Of a DNA stretch of 64,000 nucleotides, positions 11,751 to 25,034 are shown in pieces. The notes under the pieces were generated by a model. That model ran no database searches, had not been told where the DNA came from, and saw only the letters and a list, made by a program, of their open reading frames with translations. The stretch's first letter is position 1. The number at the start of each line of letters is the position of its first letter. Made by a program: the position numbers and the translations under genes. The stretch is taken from NCBI GenBank assembly GCA_964016885.1, contig OZ024743.1, positions 327,174,001 to 327,238,000 of the forward strand, given 5' to 3'. The stretch is from Eledone cirrhosa. Taxonomy: Eukaryota.

Positions 11751-12176
11751 AGTCATCAATGTTGGGACAACTACATTTATACTTTTTAATAATGTCTTGC
11801 TAATGCGTTTTCATGTGGCACAGAACATTAAGAGTTAATTTCTAACAATTTTATTAAAAATTTGATAAAAATTGAAGCTTTGAGAAGTGTTTACTTGAGA
11901 AAGTATTAAAAATTTGTTTCAGGTACAAAAGAATAAACAGCATATTGTCATTTGGAATTATTAGATGTGCAAAGGGAAATAAGTCATACAGCCTAAATGC
12001 TTAAGTCTAATTGTGATAATATAAGTTTATCATCTTAATACTTGTTTTCCATGCTAGCATAGGCCGGATATGACAGTGTTTTACAGATGAATGCCCTTTC
12101 TAATGCCAACCGTTTTAGTCACCTCTTATGACACCCAAGGATTCAATGTGCATACATGGTAATATATAATAGCTAA

Positions 12177-12615
12177 TCATCATCATTCCTGTTTCTCCAT
12201 GCTTGCATGGGTTGGACAGATTTTTTTCAAGCACAGATTCCATCTACTCATTATGTGTCTTTGTCATCTTCTTTGTGAGGTTTAGTGTATTGAGATCTGC
12301 TCTAATCACTTCTGGCCAGGTTTTCCTTGGCGATCCTCTATTGCACTTTCCTTCCTCCAGGAATTCCTGGCATTCTTTCACCTAGCAATCATCACCCATA
12401 TGTCAATACCAGTCAATACCAGTGCAATCTTCTCTCTTGCATACATCTGATTCCTCTTATACCTAGTTCTTTTCTTAGCTCATCTATACTTCGCCAGTCA
12501 TGCACATTAATATTACACATTCATCAAAGCAGGCTCGCTTCATTTCTCTCCAGCCTTTGCCTTTCTTCTGGATTTACTGCTCCTGTTTCATTTACATGCA
12601 ACATTGGATGCAGGA
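12177..12615 (-). mobile_element. Degenerate RTE 3' fragment
   Basis: Reverse strand shows LERNEASL, RLHWY and RGSPRKTW remnants, ending in a ccatgcaagcatggag tail with (GAT)n. Confidence 0.75.
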
Positions 12616-12707
12616 ACTATACAGACAGCCTTGATGGACAGTGGCATAAAAAGTAGAAGTAAAATTAATGACTTAAGAATTTTTTTTTTACATATAAGGT
12701 AACTTAC

Positions 12708-12834
12708 TTTATAGCTTCCAGAAATAATTTCCTGTCATATATTTGATCAGGAATTTTACTTAGGATCTTTTTCAAGTCAATTGCTCTCTGATTAAATTCC
12801 TGGAATCTTGGTTCTGGACGGGTTATTTTGAACT
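12708..12834 (-). CDS. PDCD10: PDCD10/CCM3 coding exon 4
   Basis: tttttctcag acceptor, gtaagt donor; 127 nt; (E)[41 protein letters not shown](K) vs human [38 protein letters not shown]. Confidence 0.96.
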
Positions 12835-13700
12835 CTGAGAAAAAAAAACACACCAGAAACTAAAATAAGACAAACAGTATAAATGATAGGAAGAAAAGAA
12901 AGTTTTTTTTGTTGGTGAGTTTAGGTTGGTGTGGCACATAACCAACAGAGAAGCAGACACTGATGAAAATCAAACTGGTGATTTTAATTTTTCTTGCTTA
13001 AATCTTGTGTTAGTATCTTTTATATTTATATTAATCCTTTGATACAAAACCACCAGAAATTGGCCCCGATTCTTTGTTAAAATATTGTTTGTTTTGAAGT
13101 GTTTATATTCATCTAAAAACCTTTTTAAAATTATGATCCGTTTTATCATGGCACCATCATTATCACTTTACAGACTGAACTGGGTGCATGTTATTATGGT
13201 ATCAGTACTACCACATCACATAGAGTATTAGGTGTATTTTATCAGGTCATCAACATTAATATTTAACATTATATGACAAAACTCAACTAATATAAATGAC
13301 ACTACTGGTGTTAGGGAATGGCAAACAACATTGCATTCATATTTCTATAGTATATGTGTTTCATTACATAACAAATTTCTAATCCTTCATACAAAATCTA
13401 GAAGACTTCAAAAGGAAGTGCACCATATACCACCCTTTTAATACCAAACTGCCCAAAACCGTCTCTCGGTTTGTAAAATAAAATAATCATTTTAATGTGT
13501 TTCAATTTAAATTATTATCTTCCAGCATAATTTGATATCAGAAACTTGTGTTAAATTATCTTACAAATATCATTTTAATAATGGAATAAATAATGATTTT
13601 AGTAAATCCCTCTAAATTTTTCAGTAATTAATTCGTGTATAGTGTATATTCATTAGAAATATGGCAATGAAAAGCTTAAACAAAGTATATAAGAACTTAC

Positions 13701-13827
13701 CCTCAGAGTCATTCAGTCCTTCCAGCTTAAGTAAGGTTTCACACATTTCTATTTTATTATAAATTTCAGATTTTATTAATAAGGCTTTAACAAAATCAAA
13801 AGCAAACCCTTTATATACAGCGTCCAC
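13701..13827 (-). CDS. PDCD10: PDCD10/CCM3 coding exon 3
   Basis: tttctttcag acceptor, gtaagt donor; 127 nt; VDAVYKGFAFDFVKALLIKSEIYNKIEMCETLLKLEGLNDSE; phases fit both neighbours; ETLLKL resembles human ESLLRM. Confidence 0.92.
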
Positions 13828-14433
13828 CTGAAAGAAAGCAGATTTTGTTATTAGTCATTAGAATGCCCACACACACATCAAAATGATTTAAAAATATTTT
13901 AAAAGACTTATTCTAAATTGAAGAAATCCAGGATTTATGTAATCTGGGTCTACATGGTGTATATATCATTTAACACCTGTTTTTCTTTGCTAGCAAGGAT
14001 TGGACAGGTGATCATAGATCAAGTCAGTACTCAATCAGAGCCCTTGACATCTTAGACTAGCTGGGGTGTGCATCTTGTTTACATTGTACAGAGTGCATTT
14101 TTATTGTGGCACCAGAACCATGTATTTCAAAAAATAAAAACAGTCAGTAAACAAAATTGTAGGAACTAAGATGTTAAATAAGTTACTGTGCAGATTGAAG
14201 AGAAGGTAGAAAATAATGCAGGCTATGTGCCAAGAGAGATAAACAAAACAAAGAAATATTGGAGGAGGAGGAAGATTGAGAGTGACAACTTTTTGTGCTA
14301 GTTGCTGTCAAAACCTCCAGTGTTCTCCTCGGTCTCCAGACTGCTGTTTTCATCTGCATAATCAGAAGTGCATCATACCCGAGGAAGGAGCCCATTGAGG
14401 TGGAATGATTGATGCAGTGGGTGTAGAGAAGCT

Positions 14434-15283
14434 TACTTTTAGCTAGGTACTTTTCCTGTAACTCTTTCAGAAGGAAAGAAGGGCATCAGTGGTGCTTTTG
14501 CCTGGTACAAATGCAAACTGCATCTCATCTAGATTTACCCTGTCCCTAATAACTGTGCTATGACTCTTTTTGTTACTTTCATTACCTGGTCCATCAGTTT
14601 TATACCTCTATCTAGCGCATCCGCTTTACCTTTATAGCAATTGACAATGATGCTGCTGCACCACTCATATGGTATGACGCCATCTAGTATTACATGGTTT
14701 ACAATACGCGTGATTATGGTGTATCCTACTGACCCAGATGCTTTCAGCATCTCAGCAACTATTCCTGATGGACCGGCTGGTTTCCCAGTTTTCATATCCT
14801 TAATCGCCTTATTAACTACACTGCTACTGACCTGTACTGCTGGGCATTCAATGGGGTCTGCTTGGGGTAGGGTCTCTTTCTCCCATGCATTCTCGTCATT
14901 CAGTAATCTTTCATAATGGCTCTTCGACGCTTCTTTCTTCTCAGCATCTGTGAGGACAAGTGCACCTTTATCATCCCGAACACACTTCTCACCGATGACA
15001 TCGCAATTTTCACTAACACAATGTCTCGCAATCCTGTCCTCATGCTGCAAAACATGCTTGAATTTTTTTTATCCTCCATTTTCCTTCTAGCAAAGTATAC
15101 CTGTCGCCTAGCTTCCCTCCTGGTCTCTATGTAATATATCTGCTTCTCCCATTCTTCCATTGTTTCCATGCCTGTCTCTTGGCCTTAATTGCTTCGTCTA
15201 CCTTATTGTCCCACCACCAAGTCACTTTTGTTCTCCCTGTAGTGTAGCCCCAACCACAGATCTCATCTGCTGCTTTTAGTAGT
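14434..15283 (-). mobile_element. Internal RTE fragment (family C-like)
   Basis: ORFs 14535-15050 and 14900-15169 align with the 21158-22690 protein (IARHCVSENCDVIGEKC, GPSGIVAEMLKASG). Confidence 0.9.
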
Positions 15284-15539
15284 TTTTTTTTTAGTATTTT
15301 TAAGTATAAATATAAATTAAAATTAATGGAAATTAATGCTGGATTTGAAATACTTTGTAAAGAAAAAAAAAAAGTATCGAATGAGAAACTATTCAAAAAT
15401 CACTTTTAGTAGAATATTTACAATCTGTTATAATACTGTAAGTAATGAAAATAAGAGTGAGGTAATATATCTTGCAAAAGACTGCACTGCTTCTATTATG
15501 ATATTATAGGTAAGGCAAAGAGTAATGGAGATAAGATAC

Positions 15540-15593
15540 CTTGCAAAAGGCTGCTCTCAGAGTCTGGGCTGCTGCCATGTCTTCCTGCTCAAG
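15540..15593 (-). CDS. PDCD10: PDCD10/CCM3 coding exon 2
   Basis: actttag acceptor, AAG/gtatct donor; 54 nt; LEQEDMAAAQTLRAAFCK vs human LERVNLSAAQTLRAAFIK. Confidence 0.96.
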
Positions 15594-17501
15594 CTAAAGT
15601 TAAAAGATGACAAAGTTGTTATTTATATTTCTCATCAGTTTTTTGTTTCAGATTTTAATGAGAGCAAACAAACTAAGTTGAGTTAATATTCTGAGTTTGG
15701 AATGTTATAAATGATAGCTGAAGATGTAAACAACAGAATAATTTAGTACAAAAATATTTTTAATCAGATCTTAGAAACTTAAATTTTCAGGACAAAATAT
15801 CAAATACTGGAAAGAGATGCCATTTTACAGATACTGACAACAGTATGAAGACATGATGTACTGATAATGATTTTAATTATATATATGTGTGTGTATATAT
15901 AAGAAATTTATAGCTCACATCTATGCAGGTTTAGCTGGCCTTTTACAAAATTCATACCATAAGCAGTTTCTCAAGTCTTTTAAAGATAAGGACCCCAGTG
16001 CTATCATGTTGTTGTTAAAGCTTACACCAATGTAAGTTTAGCTTCTATGAGATTGCATCCCGTAGAATAGACCACTGTCAGTTTTGATAAATGTTCCAGT
16101 TGTTTGATTAACAAAACCTGCTCATGAAATTAACATGTAAGTGGCTGTACATTGCAGACATGTAACAACGTAATTCTCAGGGGAATTCAGAATAACACAT
16201 TGTATGACATGGCTGGCCCTTTGAATTACAGAACAGTCCATCTGACAGGCTTCAAAACAGTTTCAGTCTACCCAATTTCACACACAAGGCATGAGAATCC
16301 TTAACCATTTCACCATGTTGAATCCAATAGGTTTCTTGAATGTTTTTTAAATGATAGGACCCCCAATAATATAAAAAGAAACATGTAACACTGGAATAAA
16401 AGCCACGATTTTATGATTATGTGTCCAACACTCTAACCACTAGGTCATATGCTTTCAATAAAGTACTATGTACCTCAATTGTATGTGTCCTTTCATGACC
16501 ATATTTTAATGAAATACACTGTATTTTAATTAATCAATGAAGAATTTCAAGGACTTTACTAAACTTATTGTTTCATTTTGATATTTGTAACACAAATATA
16601 ACATGGTACTTATATAATGTTATGTTGGAAGATTTTAATTTAAATATGAAACCTTTAAAATGGATGGCTTTGTTTCATAGAACGAGAGGCAGTTTTGGGT
16701 GGGTTGGTATCAAAAAGGTTACTCTCTTCACAGAACAATCTTTCTGATATGAAACAATGAGCCAGCTAATATAACTTTTATTTTTTTTTAAATGTAAGTT
16801 GATAAGAATAATTTTTAAAGTTGAGTAAACCTAATCAAGAAAGATTTAATAATTTCAGGTAAAGGATTGAATGTTTTATCCAACCACAAATATTGGAGTG
16901 AAGAAGGTTTGGATCAACATTTACATAAAGCACAGATATGAAATGCTTATAAACTTTAGTGAGATAGAAATGTAGGATTGTAAACTTCTAAGTTAATCTT
17001 TTCATTACCATATTTTTAAAGAAAGACTGTCTATGGTTTTCAAATAATTTTGCAAATAATAAAAAATCTGAAGGGATTTAGTAATATTATCAACTTTATT
17101 ATCATTAAGCTAGTGTTTAACATAATTTATTAAAGGTTCTTACATAAAACTATGATGGAAGGTTTTTATAATAAACAGCTTTCTATCATAGACAGTTTGG
17201 TATAAAAAGGGTTATTAAAATTACCCATGAGCAAGATGAGGTTGATTCGATTTGTTTGATTTCAACCCATTCAACTCATGCCAGCATAAGTTGAAATGAA
17301 ATTCTAGAAAATTATCCAACTGAATATAGTCGTACACCACACTTATTGCTTCAGTTTTCAAAATTATATCTTTGTAAATTACTACGATACCAACAGGGAA
17401 GTCCTACCCACCCTTCTCTCCCACTTAATAGTTTTACATATAAGCACTATACAAATCAACTCTAGTTTATAGTACAATAGAAACTCATAAGTCCTAAGTT
17501 T

Positions 17502-17721
17502 TTAATCCCTTTAATGCCAACAAATCTGAGACTGCCTCTGGTTTATATCATACAAAACTGAACATGTTAAAATTTTCACATTTAAATTAAAACCCACACT
17601 CATCAATGCAATGCAGTCAATGTATTGTTTTGCACTTTTTAAGAATGTTTTGTTATTTAGAAAATGTATTTAATCACATAAGCAGTGTATTTCATTAGAA
17701 CTATGGTAACAAAAGGGTTAA
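17502..17721. mobile_element. Non-autonomous DNA transposon (MITE) with TTAA ends, piggyBac-like termini
   Basis: ttaa-tccctttaatgccaac ... ggtaacaaaaggg-ttaa; related copies near 13030, 13430, 16490-16722, 16990-17215 and 49039-49284. Confidence 0.6.
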
Positions 17722-18169
17722 TTCCATGTAAACATGTCTTAAGGAAAATAGCTTCATAAAAAACATATTTAATTACAACAGCTAATAGTCAACAAATGTT
17801 AAATAGTAACAACATGTAAGGTAGTTGATTTGGCAGAGTTCCTAGAGCACTGAGTATTTGTTCCAGGTACCTGCATTTCAAGATTAAAACTCACTAAGGC
17901 CCCCTTTGCTTTCCATCCTTTCAGGGGTTGTATACAGGCTGGGGCAGCCCTTGCTCCCTTTCGTTCCAGCTATCACATATTGGAGGGTCAAGAGGGTGTC
18001 TGTGTCTGTTTGTCACAGCATGGGCACCTAAAACTCTTAGTGAAAACATGGCACATGCTACGATGTTATACTCAATTTCAAGTGACAGCTTTTTGTTTTC
18101 TATAACAAATGTACAACAGTGTGCAGCAAATAACGAGATAATTTTGTATTTTATAAAATGAGAACATAC

Positions 18170-18241
18170 CCTTTCCAATATGGGTCCAATAATAACGGGA
18201 ATGGTCATTGCAGCATACAGGGACTCATCACCCATGGTCAT
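18170..18241 (-). CDS. PDCD10: PDCD10/CCM3 first coding exon
   Basis: ATG at 18241, AGG/gtatgt donor; 72 nt; MTMGDESLYAAMTIPVIIGPILER resembles invertebrate Ccm3 N-termini; the seven exons total 630 nt = 209 aa plus stop. Confidence 0.93.
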
Positions 18242-18656
18242 ATTTAAGTCTTTTCTATAATCCGTTCAGTGGAAGTAGAGTGAGATTTGTTAGGTTTAGA
18301 TAATAAAAAAAAAAAAAAAATGATTGCTTGTACGTTTTTTTTTTTTTCTTTTTTGCAGATCACACTGCTAAAATACTGAACTCAAACCAGCAACATGGGT
18401 GATTCTTGAACTGTTGGTTGTGGCACTTTTGATTAAAAACCTGAAAGAAATATAACATGATATATATATATACTTGTATTTTATATATATATATATATAT
18501 ATACATGTATTATATATACATGTAATATATATATTTATATATACATGTATTATATATATATATACATGTATATATATATATATATACACATGTATTATAT
18601 ATATATATATATACATGTATTATATATATATATATATATACATGTATTATATATAT

Positions 18657-20135
18657 TGAAGAGTTTAGCGTAAAAGTTGGCGTCCATCAGGGCTCTGTTC
18701 TCAGCCCCCTACTATTTATTATTGCCCTTCAGGCTATAACAGAGGAGTTCAAGACAGGCTGCCCATGGGAACTCCTATACGCAGACGACCTGACACTCAT
18801 AGCGGAATCAATGGCCGAGCTAGAGAAGAAATTCCAAACATGGAAGCACGGCCTAGAGTCAAAAGGACTTAAAATTAACCTGGCTAAGACCAAAGTTCTA
18901 GTTTGTAGGAAAGAAAACAAGGCGGCAGTCCCTTCTGGGAAATGGTCGTGCTCGGTGTGTAGGAAAAGCGTAGGTAGAAACTCCATTTTATGTCCTAAAT
19001 GCAAAGTATGGGTGCATAAAAGATGTAGTGGGATCACAGGTAAGCTAACTAAGAACATAGATTTTACATGTGGCCGGTGTTCTGGTGCAATAAGTAGCAG
19101 CAAGTGCCCACAAAATACTAGCTCTTTCAATTGCGCAGAGGGTTCTATAGAAATAGTGGACAGCTTCCGTTACCTGGGCGATAAAATCAGCAGTGGGGGA
19201 GGGTGCTCTGAAAGTACTGTAGCTAGAGTCAGAACTGGTTGGAAAAAGTTCAGAGAGCTTATACCACTATTAGCTGCTAAAGGGTTCTCCCTAAAAATGA
19301 AAGGCAGGTTGTACGATGCCTGCATACGAACAGCAATGTTGCATGGCAGTGAGACCTGGGCATTGTGTGCAGAGGATATACGCAGACTAGAGAGGAACGA
19401 AGCTTGCATGCTCCGCTGGATGTGTAACAGTAATATACGTGAACGGCAAAGCAGAAACGAACTAAGGAAAAAATTAGAGATAAGAGGGATCAGATGTTGT
19501 TTACTCGAGAGAAGGCTACGTTGGTATGGACACGTGATGCGCATGAAAGTCGATAGCTGTATAACAAAGTGCAGGGCAATAAAGATAGACGGTAGTCACG
19601 GAATAGGCAGACCTAGAAAAACCTGGGACGAGCTGATAAACTCCGACATCACACATTTACACCTCTCCAAGACAATGTCACTGGACCGAGACCTTTGGCG
19701 GTACTCAGTAACAGAGAAGACCCGCCTTACCTAAATATATATAGTAAAACCTACTCCAGCCAGTAGGCATCTCTAACAAAATACACCCCGTCCCACCACC
19801 ACCACCCCATCCACACCACCCCGTTCTATGTAAAGTTATGTTGGTGCCGCACCATCCAGGCCGAAACAAATGAGATCGTGTAGGTGTCACGACAAAAAAA
19901 ACACACAGTCCACGCTGTAATGTGGCCGTGTAGGCAACACGGTAAAAACCTCCCAGACCCACACTGTAAATGTGGTTGGTGTTAGGAAGGGCATCCAACT
20001 GTAGAAGACCTGCCAGACAGTCCTATGCGAGCAAGACAATCACTCTTGCCTCAAGTGGGACTACCCCCGTCCAAACCCATGCAAGCGTGGAACACGGGAC
20101 GTTAAACGTTGATGATGATGATGATGATGATGATG
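18657..20135 (+). mobile_element. RTE LINE family B, 5'-truncated, reading frame open to the stop
   Basis: GVHQGSVLSPLLF, YADD (18778-18789), C4HC3 finger, FRYLG, RLRWYGHV; ORF ends at 19734; ~400-nt 3' UTR with (GAT)n; both flanks are the same TATACATGTA minisatellite. Confidence 0.95.
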
Positions 20136-20236
20136 ATATACATATATTATATATATATATATATATACATATATTATATATATATATACATGTATTATAT
20201 ATATATATACATGTATTATATATATATATACATTCA

Positions 20237-20587
20237 TTCATCATCAACATCATTTCATTTTACGTCCACTTTTCCCTGCTTGCAAGGGTGGGACGGGAAC
20301 TGATTCTGGCTTGATTTCTACAGCTGGATGCCCTTCCTAACACCAACCTCATTTACAGTGAGTGCTGGGTGCTTTTTTGCCGTGGCACCTCCACGACCAC
20401 TTTGCAGTGGAATGATAGGGACCCCAGTCCCCAGTCCCTATCATCTCATTTCTACAGCTGAGTAAACTGGAGCAATGTGAAACAAAGTGCCTTGCTCAAG
20501 GAAACAACACATCACCCGGTCTGAGAATTGAACTCACAACCTTTCGATTGCAAGGCCAATGCTCTAACCACTAAGCCATGTGCCTCC
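20237..20587 (-). mobile_element. tRNA-derived SINE family B
   Basis: Near-identical to 6777-7171. Confidence 0.9.
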
Positions 20588-20616
20588 ATTATATACATTA
20601 TATACATTATATATAT

Positions 20617-20701
<85 letters not shown>

Positions 20702-20703
20702 AT

Positions 20704-23366
20704 AATAAGTCAGATAAATTTTATCCTCATCAGAGGACGTGACAGATGGACGGTCGTAAACACAAAAGCCTACCCTAGTGAGGAATGTACCTCCCAACAT
20801 AGGTTAGTTGTCAGCGACCTCACGGTCAGAACTAGACGAACCTGGAAACAGAGGCCAACCTGGAGAAGAAAGATCTGGAAGCTGAAAGACCCCTCAGCCA
20901 GTAACAGATTTAAAGATATTTTACTCAACGCCTATGACAGTAAAGAAGAACAGATACATACATTCAATGTAGAAGAGCACTGGGAGTTCCTAAAAAATAA
21001 CTTACTAGAGGCGACGGATGAGATCTGTGGCTGGAGTAAGACCACAAGCAGGAGGAGAGTGACTTGGTGGTAGAACAATAAGGTAGATGAAGCAGTTAAG
21101 GCCAAGAGACAGGCATGGAAAGAATGGAAGAACGAGGGGAGCAGGGTACATTACATAGTGGCCAAGAGGGAAGCTAGGCGACAACTATACTTAGCTAGTA
21201 GGGAAGCAGGGGATAGAAAATTCAAGCATGTTTTGCAACGTGAGGACCAGAAACAGGAGGTGTTCAAGATTGCGAGGCAGTGTGTCAGAGAGAATTGTGA
21301 CGTCATTGGAGAGAAGTGTATCCGGAATGATAAAGGTGAGCTTGCCCTCACAAGTGCTGAGAAGAAAGATTCATGGAAGAGCCATTATGATAGATTACTA
21401 AATGAGGAGAATGCATGGGAAGAAGAGACCCTACCCCAAGTAGACCCTATAGAGGGGCCAGCAGTACAAGTCAGCAGCAGCGTAGTAAGTAAGGCAATCA
21501 AAGATATGAAGATGGGGAAGGCAACCGGTCCATCGGGTATAGCTGCCGAGATGCTGAAGGCATCTGGGTCTGTAGGTCACACTATAACCACAAGTATTGT
21601 TAACCAGGTAATACTAGGTGTCATACCAAAAGATTGGTGCAGTAGCATCATTGTCAACTGCTACAAAGGTAAAGGTGATGCACTAGATAGAGGAAACTAT
21701 AGAGGTATAAAGCTGATGGACCAGGTCATGAAAGTAACAGAAAGAGTTATAGCACAGTTGATTAGGGACCGGGTGAAACTAGATGAGATGCAATTTGGGT
21801 TTGTACCAGGAAGAGGCACCACTGATGCCCTCTTCCTTGTGAGGCAGTTACAGGAAAAGTACCTAGCTAAAAGTAAGCTGGCATTCATCGATCTCGAGAA
21901 AGCCTTTGACAGAGTTCCACGTGCTGTAATCTGGTGGGCTCTTAGAAAACTAGGAGTAGATGAATGGCTTGTGAAAGCTGTACAAGCCATGTATAGGGGA
22001 GCAGTCAGCAAAGATAGGATTAGCAATGAGTATAGCGAGGAATTTAGCGTACAGGTTGGTGTCCACCAGGGCTCTGTTCTTAGCCCTCTCCTGTTCATCA
22101 TAGTCCTGCAGGCAATAACGGAGGAGTTTAAGACCGGATGCCCATGGGAACTCCTGTATGCTGATGACCTTGCACTTATAGCTGAATCTATGGTAGAACT
22201 AGAGAAGAAATTCCAAACTTGGAAGCAGGGACTAGAAAAAAAGGGTCTCAAAGTCAACATGACAAAGACTAAGGTCCTTGTAAGTAGACGAGAAAACAGA
22301 ACCCAGATCCCCTCAGGGAAATGGCCTTATTCAGTATGTAGGAAAGGTGTAGGTAGGAACTCCATTCTCTGCCCCAAATGCAAACAATGGGTACACAAGA
22401 GATGTAGCGGGATCTCAGGAAGCTTAATTAAGAATATAGGATTCACATGCAGCAGCTGTGCTGAAACAGCAAGCAGCAAACAGCCACAGGAAACAAGTAC
22501 CACCAATCACTGGGAGGGCTCTGTAGAAACAGTAGACAGCTTCTGCTACCTAGGTGACCGAATTAGCAGCGGAGGTGGGTGTTCAGAAAGTACAATAACT
22601 AGGGTAAGAACGGGATGGAAGAAGTTCAGGGAATTACTACCACTGCTAGATGCAAAAGGCTTCTCCCTCAAAATGAAAGGCAGACTATGATGCGTGTATG
22701 CGAACAGCAATGTTACATGGTAGTGAGACCTGGGCGCTGAAGGTGGAAGACTTACGTAGATTAGAAAGAATCGAAGCTTGCATGCTCCGATGGATGTGTA
22801 ATAGTAATATACGCAAACGACAAAGCATAAATGAATTGAGAGAGACTGAGCATAAGAGGAATCAAATGTTGTGTGCAGGAGAAGCGATTGCGTTGGTATG
22901 GACATGTGATGCGTATGAAGGATGACAGCTGCATAAAAAGGTGCAGAGCACTAGAAGTCAATGGAAACCGCCGAGTGGGGAGACCCAAGAAGACCTGGGA
23001 TGAGGTGATAAAAGCCAACCTTACCCAATTACACCTCCCAAAGGCGATGACACACAACCGTGACCTCTGGCGTCATGCAGTAATACAGAGTACCCGACCT
23101 CCCATGGGTACAAGCTGAAGCATTTAGACAATATGCCCCCCACTGCAAGGTGGTCGTGGAGGTGCCACGGCAAAAAAGTACCCAGCCCACACTGTAAATG
23201 AGGTTGGTGTTAGGAAGGGCATCCAGCTGTAGAAATCAAGCCAAAATCAGTTCCTGTATGAGCAAGACATGGTCAGCCGACCAGACACTGCCCACAACAG
23301 GACAACCCGTCTAACCCATGGTAGCATGGAAGAACGGACGTAAAACGGTGATGATGATGACGATGA
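20704..23366 (+). mobile_element. RTE LINE family C, 5'-truncated, few disruptions
   Basis: End of APE domain, 510-aa RT ORF 21158-22690 with YADD and finger, frameshifted C-terminus to 23118, 3' UTR and (GAT)n tail. Confidence 0.95.
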
Positions 23367-23406
23367 ATAAACATGAAGCCTAAAATCCAAAGAGGGCTCG
23401 ATAAGG

Positions 23407-23446
<40 letters not shown>

Positions 23447-23449
<3 letters not shown>

Positions 23450-25034
23450 TGCCCCGCAAAAGTTTACAACACATTAGGAAAAATGCGGTTTTAGGTATTT
23501 TTAATAAAGTTAGGGTAATGAAAATTAAACTACCGATAGAACATATAATGAGGCATTTAATGATACAATCATAGTTTTAAAAAAATAACAAGGAAATAAC
23601 TCATGAAGAAAAATCAATATTTTTATAACGCAAAAGTTTACAACACATTTATTAAATCATCTCTTAATATTTCGTAGCGTAACCTTTGTTGCTAATTACA
23701 GCCTGTAGGGCGTTTGGAGTAGCCTCCTACAAACTTCTTGCATGTTTATTGGCTAATATTTATCCATTCTTCACAACAAATTTTCTTTAGTTCAAGGGAT
23801 ATTTTGGGGTTTCCTTTTTTGAATTCTCTCCACAAATTTTCGATCGGGTTAAGATCTGGAGACTGACTTGGCCATTTTAGAACATTTATTCCATTCGTAC
23901 TTAACCAAGATTGTGTTAGCTTTGCAGTATGCTTTGGATTGTTATCTTGTTGAAAAAACCAACCTGGCTTTAAGCTGAGAGAATGTGCACTTTGATGTAA
24001 ATTCCTTTGGAAAATACCTCTATAATAAGTGCCACCCATTCTTCCTTCTATTATTTCAATATTTCCTACTCCTGTGGCACTAAAGCAACCCCAGACCATG
24101 ATTGATCCACCTCCAAATTTTACAGTTGGAATAGTATTCTCCAGCGAATATTCAGTACCTTTCTTTCTCCAGACTTTTGCCACAGCATTTCGACCAAAAA
24201 GTTCAATTTTTGTTTCGTCCGACTAAAGTACATCTTCCCAAAATGACGCAGGTTTGATGAGATGCTCATTTGCAAAGTTTAATCGACGAAGAACGTGTTT
24301 CCTCGTAAGAAGTGGTGTTTTCCTTGGAGACCTCGAGAAGATATTATATCGACGAAGTGAACGACTAATTGTATCTGTGCTCACTTTTACTCCACTTCCT
24401 TCTAGGTCATCCTGAAGATTTTTAAGAGTACACCGGGGTTCGTTGCCAACCTTTCTCGTCAATAACCGAGCTGCACGTTCCGTTATCTTTCTAGGACAAC
24501 CAGAACTAATTAGAGGACAGATGGAATGATGAGATTTCCAGTGACAAATTATTGTACCAACTGAACTCAATGGCACATTTAACTGACAAGATATCTTTCT
24601 ATAACCAACACCATTTGTATGAAGGTCTACAATGCGTTTACTGAGGTCTTGATCAATCAGTTTATTTTTCCCCATATTGTCAATGTTTACAGAACGGTTG
24701 TCAATGTTTACAGGATGGTTGTCAGACAAATAATGATGTAATGTTTTTAATATCCTTAGAAGTTACCTTAAACCTAATCTAGAACATTCTACTGAATTTT
24801 AAATCCGAAAATTTAAGAATTTTCTTGAAAAAAAGCGATAAATAAAATGTGTTGTAAACTTTTGCGTTATAAAAATATTGATTTTTCTTCATGTGTTATT
24901 TTTTTAAAACTATGATTGTATCATTAAATGTCTCATTATATGTTCTATCGGTAGCTAAATTTTCATTACCCTAACTTTATTAAAAATACCTAAAACTGCA
25001 TTTTTCCTAATGTGTTGTAAACTTTTGCGGGGCA

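Noticed and set aside
20708-20732. Minus-strand CTGATGAG plus hairpin resembling a hammerhead
   Set aside because: No GAAA follows, and the plus strand is RTE endonuclease coding sequence (SQINFILIR).
21697-22260. Long antisense ORFs over LINE coding regions (also 27269-27754, 29019-29444 and others)
   Set aside because: Shadow frames of RTE and CR1 ORFs with no independent motifs.
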